A DNA stretch of 63,705 nucleotides, filler included, from Octopus bimaculoides (GCF_001194135.2; 7 parts of 7 records of this genome joined end to end with filler, not necessarily neighbours in it), one strand, 5' to 3'; positions 50,857 through 63,504 are shown, counted from the whole stretch's first letter. Notes: generated by a model from the sequence alone, not told the origin. Translations and numbers: made by a program.

Positions 50857-51266
50857 GTTAACTATGTCTGGACTGTTTTGTTGTTTAATAGACTTAGGAA
50901 TTATTAACCTGTTTGGAAATGGGTGAGATTTGGTGTCTCGAATGATGTCTATCTGTAGAAAACTCTGACTCATGCAAACATGGAAAAATAAATGTTAAAA
51001 CCATGATGATGATGACAATGGTGATGGTGTTGATGATGACGACAATGCTGATGATGACTATGACAACGATGACAACGATGATGACAATGGGGATAATGAT
51101 GATGATGATGTTCAAATATTTGTGACATTAGCTGAATCTTAGTTAAATCATTATCAGCCAATCTTGTTATAATTATTTAATGACTTTGCACATTATAACA
51201 ACTCGGAAAATTATTCTAAATTAGAAATAATTGATTAATTTATCTTAAATCTTTACATTTTCTCAG

Positions 51267-51307
51267 CAAGTTTCTATGATGAAGAACTGGAAAGATTCGT
51301 TCACTGA
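51267..51307 (+). CDS. Candidate last coding exon (A)SFYDEELERFVH*
   Basis: Acceptor ctttacattttctcag, phase 1 fits the previous exon; TGA at 51305-51307. Confidence 0.35.
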
Positions 51308-51539
51308 AAGTTGTTGGGCATTTTTCATCTGATGCCATAATCTACACACAAGTAAAACTGGCATCAATCATGCAATAGAATGCTGCAGTTTTTGGCTGCA
51401 GTGATTGCAGGAGTTCTAGCACAAACAAAGAATAGCCAAAGACAAAGTGGCTAAGTTCCTTTCGAGTGTATGTATGTACGTACGTATGTATGTATGTATG
51501 TATGTGTCTAAAAGGGATCAAAGGTCCTTGCCAAACCAA

Positions 51540-51725
51540 AGGCTCATAAGTTCTGGTTTCCCAGATCCTGTGGCATATATATTTCTCCATCTTGATGGGA
51601 CACTGGTCCATCACAAGGTTACTTATTTTCCCCAGCTCAGCTAACTGGAGCAACACAAAATGCATTGTGTTACTGAAGAACACAACTCATTATCCAACCC
51701 AGGAATTGAAATCACAAACACACAA
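51540..51725 (-). mobile_element. CORE-SINE related to family C, with a different 3' tail
   Basis: CAGCTCAGCTAACTGGAGCAACA...GAAGAACACAAC matches the family C CORE region; tail CATCTTGATGGGACACTGGTCCATCACAAGG differs from that at 3289-3480. Confidence 0.7.
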
Positions 51726-52614
51726 GCTTAAAATCCTTTCATTTTATTAAAACTGTGAGCTGTCACGACTGTGTGGTTAAGATTTTGAGTGACATCTATC
51801 TTAAGGATTTGAAAAAGTTTTCTTTATTCATATATATATAATCATGTGTTATGCACGCAGAGACATGTTGGACTACATCCAGAGAAGGACCACTCAAAAT
51901 TAATTGACATTAAATCACTAACAGAGATGCTCTAACCTCTGACCCACAAATATGCTGTCACATCTCATTGTCCTTTTAATTGCTGTGATAATGGCCTCTG
52001 TTCCTCAGAGCCTGCTGATCTTGTACTTCATCATTCGTTCCTCCTCCTCTCATTACTCTTGCTTTGTTTAATGATTGTTATCATTATCATCATTACACCT
52101 CCATCACTACCACCATCATCATGTCCTCATTATCACCATCTCTATCACCCTCCTCCTCCCCTTCTCCTACCCCTCCCCCTATTCCTCATCATCATTATCA
52201 TCCTCGTCATCACCTCCACCAACACCACCACCATCATCATCATCATTACCACCATCACCTCTACCACCACCACCCCAACCATAATTATCATTATCATCAC
52301 CCTGACCACCCCTGCATTAATCACTATCCTCAGTTCTTTCTCCCCCCCTATTCTCCTTCTGGAATCTCCCCCCCCCCNNNNNNNNNNNNNNNNNNNNNNN
52401 NNNNNNNNNNNNNNNNNNNNNTTAATTAATTAANNNNNNNNNNNNNNNNNNNNNNNNNNNNNNNNNNNNNNNNNNNNTATATATATATGGCTGGTATACA
52501 TTTTTCATAACATAATAATTTCGATAGGATGATATCTATATTACAATACCATATAATATGTGGTACAGGTATAGTAATATTGCAATCATGAAATTAGCAT
52601 TAGCTTATATCACC

Positions 52615-52676
52615 CTTTCTCACGGAACTTCTAGGAAACTTTTACGGAACCTCAGTTGAGAAACGTTGGTCTAGAC
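52615..52676 (+). mobile_element. Probable right end of a hAT (Charlie-like) element
   Basis: CGGAACCTCAGTTGAGAAACGTTG resembles the ...GTTGAGAAACACTG terminus and is followed by the 8-mer GTCTAGAC (52669-52676). Confidence 0.5.
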
Positions 52677-55600
52677 CCTTAATCTTCGTGGAAATGTATA
52701 ATTTACACTAGAAACTTTAGTTTGAAAAATGCTGCTAAAACCGCTCGCCCTCCTTTCTCCCCAACATAATGGAATATATAAACAAAATATAACGAAAATA
52801 TGTAAGCGGATGTGTGTTTGCATGCATGTTTTTGCAAATTTGATTAACAATAACAGCAGTTTTGATCCCACCATGCATTATTGCAGGCTGGCTAGCAAAC
52901 TTAAACCGCAAATACTCATTAATAAAATAAGTACATAACTTCTGAACAAAGAAATGGATTTTCATGCGACCTTCATCATTCTTTTTCGCATTGAATAATA
53001 GACAATACTGAATAGAGCGAGTACAGACACAAATTTCATAGGCCTCGCGGTATTATAAATTTAAAAAATCACCCATTTTCGGAGTGTATGGTCTTGACGA
53101 TGTAAATGTTTTTCATTTCAGGTAATTAAATATAGCATCATCTTAGCCCTTAGCCATTTTCGTTTTCCACGCTTTNNNNNNNNNNNNNNNNNNNNNNNNN
53201 NNNNNNNNNNNNNNNNNNNNNNNNNNNNNNNNNNNNNNNNNNNNNNNNNNNNNNNNNNNNNNNNNNNNNNNNNNNNNNNNNNNNNNNNNNNNNNNNNNNN
53301 NNNNNNNNNNNNNNNNNNNNNNNNNNNNNNNNNNNNNNNNNNNNNNNNNNNNNNNNNNNNNNNNNNNNNNNNNNNNNNNNNNNNNNNNNNNNNNNNNNNN
53401 NNNNNNNNNNNNNNNNNNNNNNNNNNNNNNNNNNNNNNNNNNNNNNNNNNNNNNNNNNNNNNNNNNNNNNNNNNNNNNNNNNNNNNNNNNNNNNNNNNNN
53501 NNNNNNNNNNNNNNNNNNNNNNNNNNNNNNNNNNNNNNNNNNNNNNNNNNNNNNNNNNNNNNNNNNNNNNNNNNNNNNNNNNNNNNNNNNNNNNNNNNNN
53601 NNNNNNNNNNNNNNNNNNNNNNNNNNNNNNNNNNNNNNNNNNNNNNNNNNNNNNNNNNNNNNNNNNNNNNNNNNNNNNNNNNNNNNNNNNNNNNNNNNNN
53701 NNNNNNNNNNTATATATATATATATTTATACATCCATATACACGCACATACACATATATAGTAACAAACTGAGGAAAATAATCCTTTTGAAAGGAGTATG
53801 TTAAACATCGAATATCACTGGAACTTCTGTTGGATACCATATAAATATTGGTATACTTGAATGGACCCTCATTTTGTAAATAATAACGTATATTAGTTCA
53901 TCGTGAACATTGCCTGTTGCTTGTTTGGTTTGTATCGATATTGTCTGTCGATTCACTAAACTCTCCCTTCCATGGTGTGCGAATAATAATCATTTTGTAA
54001 GTAAATTCAAATCTGGTTACCTTCAAGAAATTAGTAAATTCGATTTCCATTACTGTAGCGTAAGGTATAATAATTACGAATTTTCCCTGCGATGGATTAA
54101 GTAAACACATAGAGAAATTTTCATTAGGTTTCTCTTCATATCTACTACATAATTATTCCTACAAGAAAATGATAAATAAATATACAAGATTATTATTTGT
54201 TAATTTAATTAAACAAATGTTATATCAACTCATTTCAATAGATAAGAGCTGTTTTATTGGAGATGTAATTGTTTATATATCTTTTGTTGTAGTTACACGC
54301 ACGGACGAGAATACTTAGGTAGTTAATTATATACATTTATATATAAAGATATTTTGGACATAAGCGTTGCAATTGGTATGTGTTTGAGATATAATGAAGT
54401 AAATTTCGATGGTTGTGGATTGAACGTATTGATCATATCGTCTGTTTCTTGTTTTATAATTGTAACTGATGTAAGATTAAATTATTGGCGCTCACATTTG
54501 AATTAATTTTTGCACTTGAGTTAATTTGACAATTGAAATAATTTTTACATTCCAGCCGTACCTCCTAGACGGGATTTCTTCTACCTAAACCGATTTACCA
54601 AGAAATGGCTTATATATAATTGAAATGAGATTATGCATATTAGAAAACATATGTATAAGCCGAAACAATTTGGTGGGCTTCTACGCTTCTTATAATTGTG
54701 TATATAATATTGTTATATTTTATGTTATATATATTCATAGTATTTAATGTAATATTGTAATATTAAAAAAAATGAATGTCAATAGAATATCTCTGTATAT
54801 ATATATACACATACACACACAGAGCGGTAGAGAAAGAGAAACTAAAAGAGATACATAGATCTATATGATAAATATATACAAAGAGATAGAGAGACAGAGA
54901 GTGTGGAACAGGAAAAGTGATGCATAAATATATATATATTTATATTTGTATATAGATATTTCGCTATATAATACAAGTGGTAAGCATGAAGGAATATATG
55001 CATACAAGCATGAAAGTATGGTGTTAATACGTACGGATGTTAGCCATTTAATACGTTCATATATTATACTATTAAACAGCTATTTGTATCTGAATTAATC
55101 TATTCTATTCAGTTTATGTATTACAAATATTGAATTTTTTATGAAGAATATTTATGAATAATGGTAATAAAATATTCCAGATAAGTACATTAATTAGTCG
55201 ATATTTTTGCTAATGTCTACTTACTCATCTTCATTAGTCATTTCTAATGTCATATCCATGGCCGGATGCTTGTTGGAGTTTCGTAGCCCTTGTTCAAAAT
55301 ATGTTTAAAGCAACAACATTTTGATTTTCTGTTTCATTTTACACTGTTATTTGTTACATGGGATCGGCCACAGATAATTATTTAACCATTCTTGGTCATA
55401 ACAATATAGGCTAATAAGAAACATAAATTAGTGCTTCCTCAAACAGCAAATGGAATTATATAGGCTATCCACAAAGATTCGGACTGTCATGACAGCTGTT
55501 GTATATTTTTCTTCTTTTTTGAAACTGACATTGAAATGCAAACTATATGGACGAAGTTGGATAAAAGAGAATTCGGTCTATTTCATCTGTGTCACTATTG

Positions 55601-55976
55601 AAAAAATGGTACAACAATATTCAGCAAAAGAATGATTCACATAATATATCTCAATGAGATAAAATGCAGATGAATCTGAAACTGAGCAGGTTTTTTGAGT
55701 AACGGACGAAGATGCGTATGGATACTGTATACAGACCAAAATATTATAGACGTATACATATACATATAATTAAAAAATAGTGATAAATGCCTGACCAGCT
55801 TTTTCGCATTCACAAACCCTGATACTAAATGAAATTTAGCGAAAATGAAAGCAAAAAAGGAAAAAGGTGCACCGTGTGTAGATGGACAGGGAGTAGTAAA
55901 CAATTTTTGCGGAATATTCATCTGCGAAGATATTCATATTTAGGCAATATTAGAGTATACTATATTTGATTGCAAG

Positions 55977-56285
55977 ATGAAACATCGATATATTTGTTTC
56001 CTTGTAATTGTGAGTGGGATTTCATTATTGAGCCAGTATGTTGGAACATACAGAAGAGTGAACGTCTGGCAACGGGTTAGTGAAAAACCTTCGGTATATG
56101 AAGTCTTTAATTGTTCGCCTTTTTATAACTATTCCAATGCAGATATGTACATGTCTTATTTTACTGAAAATATAACTACGAGGAATGTGAATTTAAAGAA
56201 AGAAAAATATCATTTTACTTCACGATTCACTGTTCACAAAAATATTCTTTCATCACCGTATTTCCGACAAATTTTCTTACCTTGA
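55977..56285 (+). pseudogene. 102-codon ORF with an N-terminal hydrophobic segment; possible start of a decayed intronless gene
   Basis: MKHRYICFLVIVSGISLLSQYVG; non-repetitive ORF; downstream frames have short protein-like runs with stops. Confidence 0.25.
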
Positions 56286-57395
56286 AACTACTGAGAAATG
56301 AAACATGTGGCCAATGCATCTTACGATCCTTTGTTATTGAAAATAAATTTAAACAAGTATTTCAACTAAGCTGAACGGTACTCAAATCTAATATCATGCA
56401 AATTCAAATAGCTAAGCAGATTTCCTTCCTTGTTGCTTTGCATATATTATAAATATGATGAAAGCGAATCACAAATGAATTATTCAAAAGTGTTTTGATA
56501 CATAATTTCGCTTTTTATTATGTTTTAGTGACAAAAATAAATCGCCTCATAGCAGAAAAATCACTCAAACACGAGTTAAGAAGAAATCCGAAGCAAGTGA
56601 CAAATAAAATATAAAACAAAGTTTTCAGAATCGGATGAAGCGTTCCTGAGAAATCTAAAATTGATGGCAGAACGTCAGTGTTTGAAATATAGAAGGCTGA
56701 TACTTATGTATAAACTTAGGAGAAATGAACGATGTAAGTAATTTCAAAAAATGGTCCAGTATATCCTCAGACTAAAATACCTATCAGCAGTTCGAATGCG
56801 AGAATCGTATAAAATAATGAATTGTATAAAATAAAATGTTTTAGATCAATGAATTCTAATAGATCAAATGACTATTTACTTCATGACAATAGAATTCACT
56901 TCCTTTTATCCTTATATGAATGTTATGTACTAATATATATTATACTGATACGTGGAAATATTGAAAACGTAGAGTTCAGGCCGTTTTCTACTAGTCACCA
57001 ATATATATGTCAATTATTGACCAATCTTTAAAATATTTTCCATGCAATAATGAATGTTAAAACTTTTCTCAGAACTAATTCAAATCCATTCAATGCAGAA
57101 TTAAATCAGAACTGCAAAATATATCTGTTATTGACACTACAATTATTCAGGTGAGAACTAGATTTTCATACGGCCAAATATGTGTATTCAATTGAACACA
57201 TTTGCAGTGCTGTGTACGAATATAAGGAAAATATAGTTTGAATTGACTTGGAAATAAAAATATTACTACGTGATAGAATTGTTTACAGGAGAATAACTCC
57301 GTTTTGAACTAAATGAAACATATTTTATCAGCCATTATTCGTGCTAAATAAGCAGAACGCAATGTTACGACTTGTACATCATCAGTACAAACCCG

Positions 57396-57572
57396 GAGAC
57401 AGTTTTAGCTGAAAAATGGACAAAACTTTCTGTGGAGATATTTCAAACTTTGTACGAGTCAATACCTCATAGAATTCAAGGTGTAGTTACTGCGAAAGGC
57501 GGTCCTTCTCCATATCAATATAAATTTGTTTGAAATGTTAAGGGGTTTCCATTATCTTGTCCAGCTCCTGTA
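57396..57572 (+). mobile_element. Tc1-family transposon 3' end
   Basis: EKWTKLSVEIFQTLYESIPHRIQGVVTAKGGPSPY, then right TIR GTTTCCATTATCTTGTCCAGCTCCTG plus TA. Confidence 0.88.
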
Positions 57573-57583
57573 CATAAACATAC

Positions 57584-57649
<66 letters not shown>

Positions 57650-57660
57650 CACACACACAA

Positions 57661-57727
<67 letters not shown>

Positions 57728-58269
57728 AGGAAATTCGAACCACAGCACCTTTACAGGATCCAGTGGTTATAGACATCATCAGGAGTAACCACGTCCAATC
57801 CAGCCCCCACTCGTTTACAGTCTTCGAAGTGCCCCTTTCAGAGATGTCTACAGCTACAGTGTTGAGTGTGTTTTGTCTTTTTTCTCCACTTTCTCTTTTG
57901 TTCATTGGTTTCCTCAATGCAGTATGAAAGAATGTTAGCAGGCAAATGACCATCCTGCCAAATTTCCCCTTAAATACTCGGCAGTAGGCTCCTGCAGCCA
58001 GCACCAGCTAAGTGTCACATGACACTGTCTAAGCTTCAACTAACCAATGACGGGGAAGGGCACATAGCTATGTTCCGCACACTCTCTAAACCTGCTTTCT
58101 AACAATGTCGTGATAGTTTCATTTCTAGTAGCCACTGCCGACCAGCACTCTGGTGGATAGGTTGCTGTCAACGAGATTTCTACCTTGGTCTCCCTCTTAA
58201 TAATCGATGCGACTTAATTGTCAACCAACCTCATCTAGCAACACAGCTTTCCAATTGGGATATTATGAC

Positions 58270-58810
58270 TTTCAAGCCCTTTGGAGGGGGGGTCTCGTTT
58301 CGTCCCTATTTAGCAGCTGGCTTTGTCGACTGCCTCCTCTATCCTCCAAATTAATTTTTCAGCTCTCAGCTCGAAAATGCAAACCTTATTTTAAATAACG
58401 TCGCCATTTTCTTTTCACTGAAGCCTCTAGCCACCACTGCCAAGGTATGGACTCGACAGTCCATACCTTCTCCCTGCATTCTTCGATTAATCTCTTATAC
58501 CTCTTCTCTATCCGTTGCCCTACATTAGCGATTTTCTATTCCCATGGCGCCTTCGGCTCCAGCAAAATTCCATTTTTCTGTTACGTACCATACAATGCTT
58601 TTTTTAAGTATGGAAATATTAACAGTCTTACCAATTCAGCGGCCAGCTCCAAGGATCCCTTCCATCTTTCGTCTGTCTCATAATTTATATGAAGGTCTGA
58701 ACTTCTGTCCTTTACCCTCCTTCTGAATGTATATCCTTCTGCGCTGTTCAACTTTTTGGTACTCATCCCTATTATATCTCTCGAACTTCTGGAGTGCTGC
58801 ACTTACGACA
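58270..58810 (-). mobile_element. HERO-type non-LTR element, decayed RLE fragment
   Basis: Minus strand LIFP...ILLEPKAPWE*KI...KRYKRLIEECREKVW.VE..P.AV.ARGF..EEAVDKAS matches the HERO/R2-group RLE pattern (ELTVPWE..RK..KY..L..EC...GW..EVG.RGF). Confidence 0.68.
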
Positions 58811-59154
58811 CAGTCGACTTGATATTGACTTCATGTGTGTCTGTCTAGTGTTAGCCTGCAGTTTTACAGAACTTGTGTTACTAACGCTTTCTCTCTGCAT
58901 CTATATTCATGAGTAATCTGTGTGTTCCACCAGAAAACATTGACCGGTAAACGTAAAGTGTCGAAGGTAGATTTGATCACGAATGATGTTCTTCCTTGTC
59001 CCCAAGCCCAAATTACCTTCCATGAGATTCTACAACTGACAACATATTCCTCCGCATTACCACTGGATATCCTTATTGCTTATTTTGATTATATACAAAG
59101 ACACACACACACATGTATGTATATACATGTATATATACCGGAGTAAGCACATAC

Positions 59155-59346
59155 ATGTAAACAATGTGGGAAAAAGGGTACTCAATTACGAGAGGTAGAG
59201 TAATACGCATTATTTAAAAGCAGCAGAAATATAACAAAAGCTGTTACTCAGAGTTTTACGTTCCCGTTCGTTTTGTTAACCAGACTGTCCGACGAACTGT
59301 AACGTGAAACTCTGAGTAACAGCTTTTGTTATATTTCTGCTGTTTT

Positions 59347-59350
<4 letters not shown>
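59155..59350. mobile_element. PLE-like terminal repeat in an inverted (hairpin) configuration
   Basis: Arms 59221-59261 and 59302-59342 are 40/41 complementary; contains the hammerhead motif. Confidence 0.75.
59285..59322 (+). ncRNA. Minimal type I hammerhead ribozyme-like motif (core CCGACGA...GAAA...GUA)
   Basis: CTGT / CCGACGA / ACTGTAACGT / GAAA-C / TCTGA / GT-A / ACAG: stem I 4 bp, stem III 2 bp. The inverted copy preserves stem II ACG-GGAA-CGT. Confidence 0.65.
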
Positions 59351-59405
<55 letters not shown>

Positions 59406-59678
59406 TATAGATTTAAACACGTAAGTGATATGTCCATAATAGGACATCTATTCCACTAGAAGGAGCAGTCAAACTTCAAACCACAATTAGGGATAATTTC
59501 GAAATGAAATGAAAGATAAAAACATTTACCATCTATTTTCTGAACCGTGGTTTCACAGGAAGTTACCTCAATCCTTTATACATTAACCAAAATGAAGTAG
59601 ATTGACAAATTTAGTTCTTCAACCAGTTGAAGATACACAAGATGTCGAAATATCTTTCACTAGATAACAATGGCACTA

Positions 59679-59746
<68 letters not shown>

Positions 59747-60479
59747 GTTTGCTTTTTCAGAAAAAAGACAAAATACAATCGTTTGAGACTATGTATGAAA
59801 TGTATAATATAATATCTCCATGTGGGGTAAACGAAGGCAGAATTTTATCGACACGGTAAGATATTGATGGAAATATTGTATTTGATGATAAGCTAGTAGG
59901 CTACGTAAAGAAACACAATGAATAATATATCCTGTGCCATACGATTTGTACTAGAAAAGGTAACATACAATGGTATAATTCCAAAGGTAAGGGTTGAAAT
60001 CGGCTTTTTATCAATGAAAAGATGAAGAAATCGATTGGAAGATGGCGTGACGATGTAGATATATTTTAAAGTTTAATGATAATAATGCCAGAGAAAGATA
60101 AGCCAGAACGCAGTGCAAATGTTTATTTGGTGGTTAATGAGCGATAAGGAATTTAGATGTCTTTGACCTTCGAAATTAAGCATTTCTTCACAGAGTTAAT
60201 TTGATAAACGAAAATGTTCAAAGGAAGAAAGGAAAGAATGAACAATAAAAATGCGTTTCATCTGTATCAGGCCACTTTGAAATCGACGGAGATCAATACG
60301 GAAAGTACGAGGTTTCATGCGTGCAAAATCAACATGGGAGAATTATGTATAAATTGGATATTTGTGTATAAGTGTGAATGAGCTGGAATGGGAGCTATAT
60401 AAATCACTCTATGTTTAATGATGTATAATCACTGTAACACCGCAATGTACTGATTATGTAAGCATTTCTGTAACAGTGT

Positions 60480-61030
60480 ATACAAGGGATACGGTTAGGA
60501 TTTTAGAGTTAGATTTACGGAAAAATGTAAAAAATGAAGAAATTTGAGGGGGATGGGGCAAATATGTCTTTCCTAAAATAGTAGCTGGAAAATACGAAAA
60601 AATCTAAAAGCAGTAGAAATGCACGAATGATTGTGGTGGTGCCATGAAGTAAACATGCTTCAGATACACTCGTTTATTCATGCAAACTTTACTGAGACGA
60701 AATATGTCATAAATAACAGTGCTAAACGAAATATACATCGCCGGAAGTTGTTGTTCATAAACAACAGCAGTAATCTTATTCAGCTAAATACACGTCATTC
60801 GTTGGTTGAAAATACCGAAATACGACAACTTTAAACGAAATAACTTCGAAAAAAAAAAATTCTCAACAGCATTAAGAGTAAATGATGTTTTATACGACAC
60901 ATTCTACCATTGCCCGAAGTTTGAAATTGTTTAGTTACAAAAAATTCATTTCTCGATGTGCCGATCGAAGGGTAAAAATCCAAACGCAACATAAGTCTGC
61001 CTACGGCAGTTAACGAAGTTGCTTGCGACA
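60480..61030. mobile_element. Second copy of repeat family E
   Basis: GTTGGTTGAAAATACCGAAATACGACAACTTTAA...GATGTTTTATACGACACATTCTACC as at 14630-14740; degenerate GGTTAGG/TTAGAGTTAG at about 60495. Confidence 0.65.
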
Positions 61031-61146
61031 AAATGAATTAACACGTTAAAAAACGGTTCAAAGAAGCACACCAGCCTTCAAAAACAACAGCTCAGCAATG
61101 TGAGACATACATTGATAGAATAACGACTTCCAGCGCGAACTAACAT

Positions 61147-61236
61147 GTCACGTGGTAAATAGTAGTCCTTCTAATTCGCCCACACCGTAAAAGCACGTCA
61201 AAACCTTACCGCCTTAGCTTTAAACAGTCACGTGAC
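61147..61236. promoter_or_regulatory. Paired E-boxes, including a perfect GTCACGTGAC palindrome, in a CpG-retaining patch
   Basis: GTCACGTG at 61147-61154 and GTCACGTGAC at 61227-61236; TTCTAATTCGC occurs twice nearby. Confidence 0.3.
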
Positions 61237-61400
61237 CACGGAGATTTTTTTTCCGTTCTCGTTTGCAAAACCAGAGAGCGGTGTTCTAATTCGCGTCGTA
61301 CGAATGAGTAGTCATCTGAATATAATATTCTTGTTTCGTAAATGTCTGTATGTGGGGGTGTATATGTGCGTATGTGTGTGTATGTGGGTGTATGTGTGTG

Positions 61401-61441
<41 letters not shown>

Positions 61442-61520
61442 NNNNNNNNNNNNNNNNNNNNNNNNNNNNNNNNNNNNNNNNNNNNNNNNNNNNNNNNNNN
61501 NNNNNNNNNNNNNNNNNNNN

Positions 61521-62364
61521 AAATAGTAAATGAGTATATGCATATATACGTACAGGCATGTGCATACCGACATCCACCTGTATGTATAGGTGCATATCTG
61601 GGTACATGACATTGCAAACAAAACGTAGACAAGAAAACACACAAGCCACATAGAGAATATTTTCCTTCATCAGCTACCCCAGTTTCGAAGAGCTGGGTAG
61701 GACGCATCGTTAAAACGGCTCTTCCCATGGACCGCAAATTAAATTTGTATACACAAATTAAACCTTGCCATGGAGGAATGTAGTGGCGGACAAAAAACAA
61801 GACAGGAAAACAAACAGAAAAGGCTATACGGCCAGACGGGAAAAATGATGTGTGTACGAACGCTGTGAGGCACGAACTTGAAAGTGGGGAAGAAGTAAGT
61901 TCGCGTGTTTGCTCGGCGATAGCCAAGGAAGAAAAGGATTATTGACCGGAAGCATGTGACCATGCCGGTGTAAGGGGAAGAGAGAGAGAGTGGTAGAGGG
62001 AGAAACAAAGGGATGAAGTAGAGGAATAGGTGAGCAACGAGAGGAAAAGAGGAAGTATGAGGGGGGAAAAAGAGATGTGTAGTAGTAACAGAGGAAGAAC
62101 GAGAGCGATAAGGAGAGATACGTAGTAGTAAACAGAGGAAGAACGAGGTGGGGAATGATAGAGGAAGAGAAAGAGAAAGAGATGGAGTAGCGTCGGAAAA
62201 TATAAAGTTGCGATAACTACTTACAAATGGTGACGCTGCGTTCCGTCATGTAAAAACAAATAGTAAATTAGTATATGCATATATACGTACAGGTATGTGC
62301 ATACCGGCATCCACCTGTATGTATAGGTGCATATCTGGGTACAGGACATTGCAAACAAAACGTA
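61521..62364 (-). mobile_element. About 630-bp PLE-like insert (61628-62257) between 107-bp direct repeats
   Basis: 61521-61627 and 62258-62364 differ at 4 positions; the insert has CGAAAC-TGGG-GTA-GCTGATGA on the minus strand and a pyrimidine-rich sense strand. Confidence 0.6.
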
Positions 62365-62539
62365 TATATATATATATATATATATACATTATCTACATTT
62401 GACGGATATTCGTCCTCATCTTGTTTGTTGNNNNNNNNNNNNNNNNNNNNNNNNNNNNNNNNNNNNNNNNNNNNTTAATTAATTAANNNNNNNNNNNNNN
62501 NNNNNNNNNNNNNNNNNNNNNNNNNNNNNNGTGTGTGCG

Positions 62540-63447
62540 TGTGTGCGTTTGTGTATGCTTCAATAGATGAGGTCGAAATGTTCTCTGTATAGAATACACT
62601 TAGTAGTGCTCAAGGGATTTAAAGTTGTGCAGGTATAGAAGTAAATGTAGAGGTAAGCAAGTTAGATCAATATATAAAGTATATTAAATACATGAAATAC
62701 AAAAGATGTATATATGTATGCATATAAAAAAGCCCGAATAATGTTTGTAGATTGATTCCATCATAGGATGAGACTAGCCTCCGTCTTCAGGGAAAAGATC
62801 TTACAATTGAGATGTTAAAGGAAAGAATTTCAAAGATGGAATGATTGAATGTAGAGAGCTAAGTGTATTAGAGTGGGGAATTGAGGAAGTATTCATATAG
62901 GAAATAGTGAAAGGAGAAAATATAGTTCAAAAGTGAGGGTTAATAAAGAAGCTAGTAGGGAGTAGTAGTAAAGGTGGACGATAGGAGGATGAAGGGAGGG
63001 TGGAGGTAAGTAGAATGTGAATAGTGGTCTATTGTGTTAGATTTGTATGAAAGCTATAGAATTAATGGTTGAGATGGCGATAAAAGGGAATGACCATTAA
63101 TTGAGGGAAGTAAGATGACTAGGCTGAGGGAAATTACTAAGAATTACAAATTCATTATCCCACTAACCACTGCTATATCAACTACTAACTCACCCTCTAC
63201 TCTATCCACCCACCTCTATCCTCTCTCATACCTCTCTACATACCTTAGTAATCTCCCTCAGCCACTGAACAAAACACCTTACTTCCTTCAATGGCCATTC
63301 CCTTTTCTCACTATCTAAACCATCAATTCATACAAATCTAACACAATAGACTACCTACTATCTACCTCACATACTACCTACCTCACATACTACCTACCTC
63401 ATATACTACCTACCCCACCCTCCCCTCATCCTCCTACCTTCCACCTT

Positions 63448-63457
<10 letters not shown>
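62540..63457. mobile_element. Purine/pyrimidine-skewed element (PLE-like) with a long inverted repeat
   Basis: Arms 62961-63141 and 63244-63457 are diverged reverse complements; composition resembles 21.9-22.8 kb. No ORF supports the class. Confidence 0.5.
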
Positions 63458-63497
<40 letters not shown>

Positions 63498-63504
63498 ATA
63501 ATAA

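Noticed and set aside
62760-62792. Minus-strand CTGAAGA followed by a short hairpin
   Set aside because: No GAAA at the required position.
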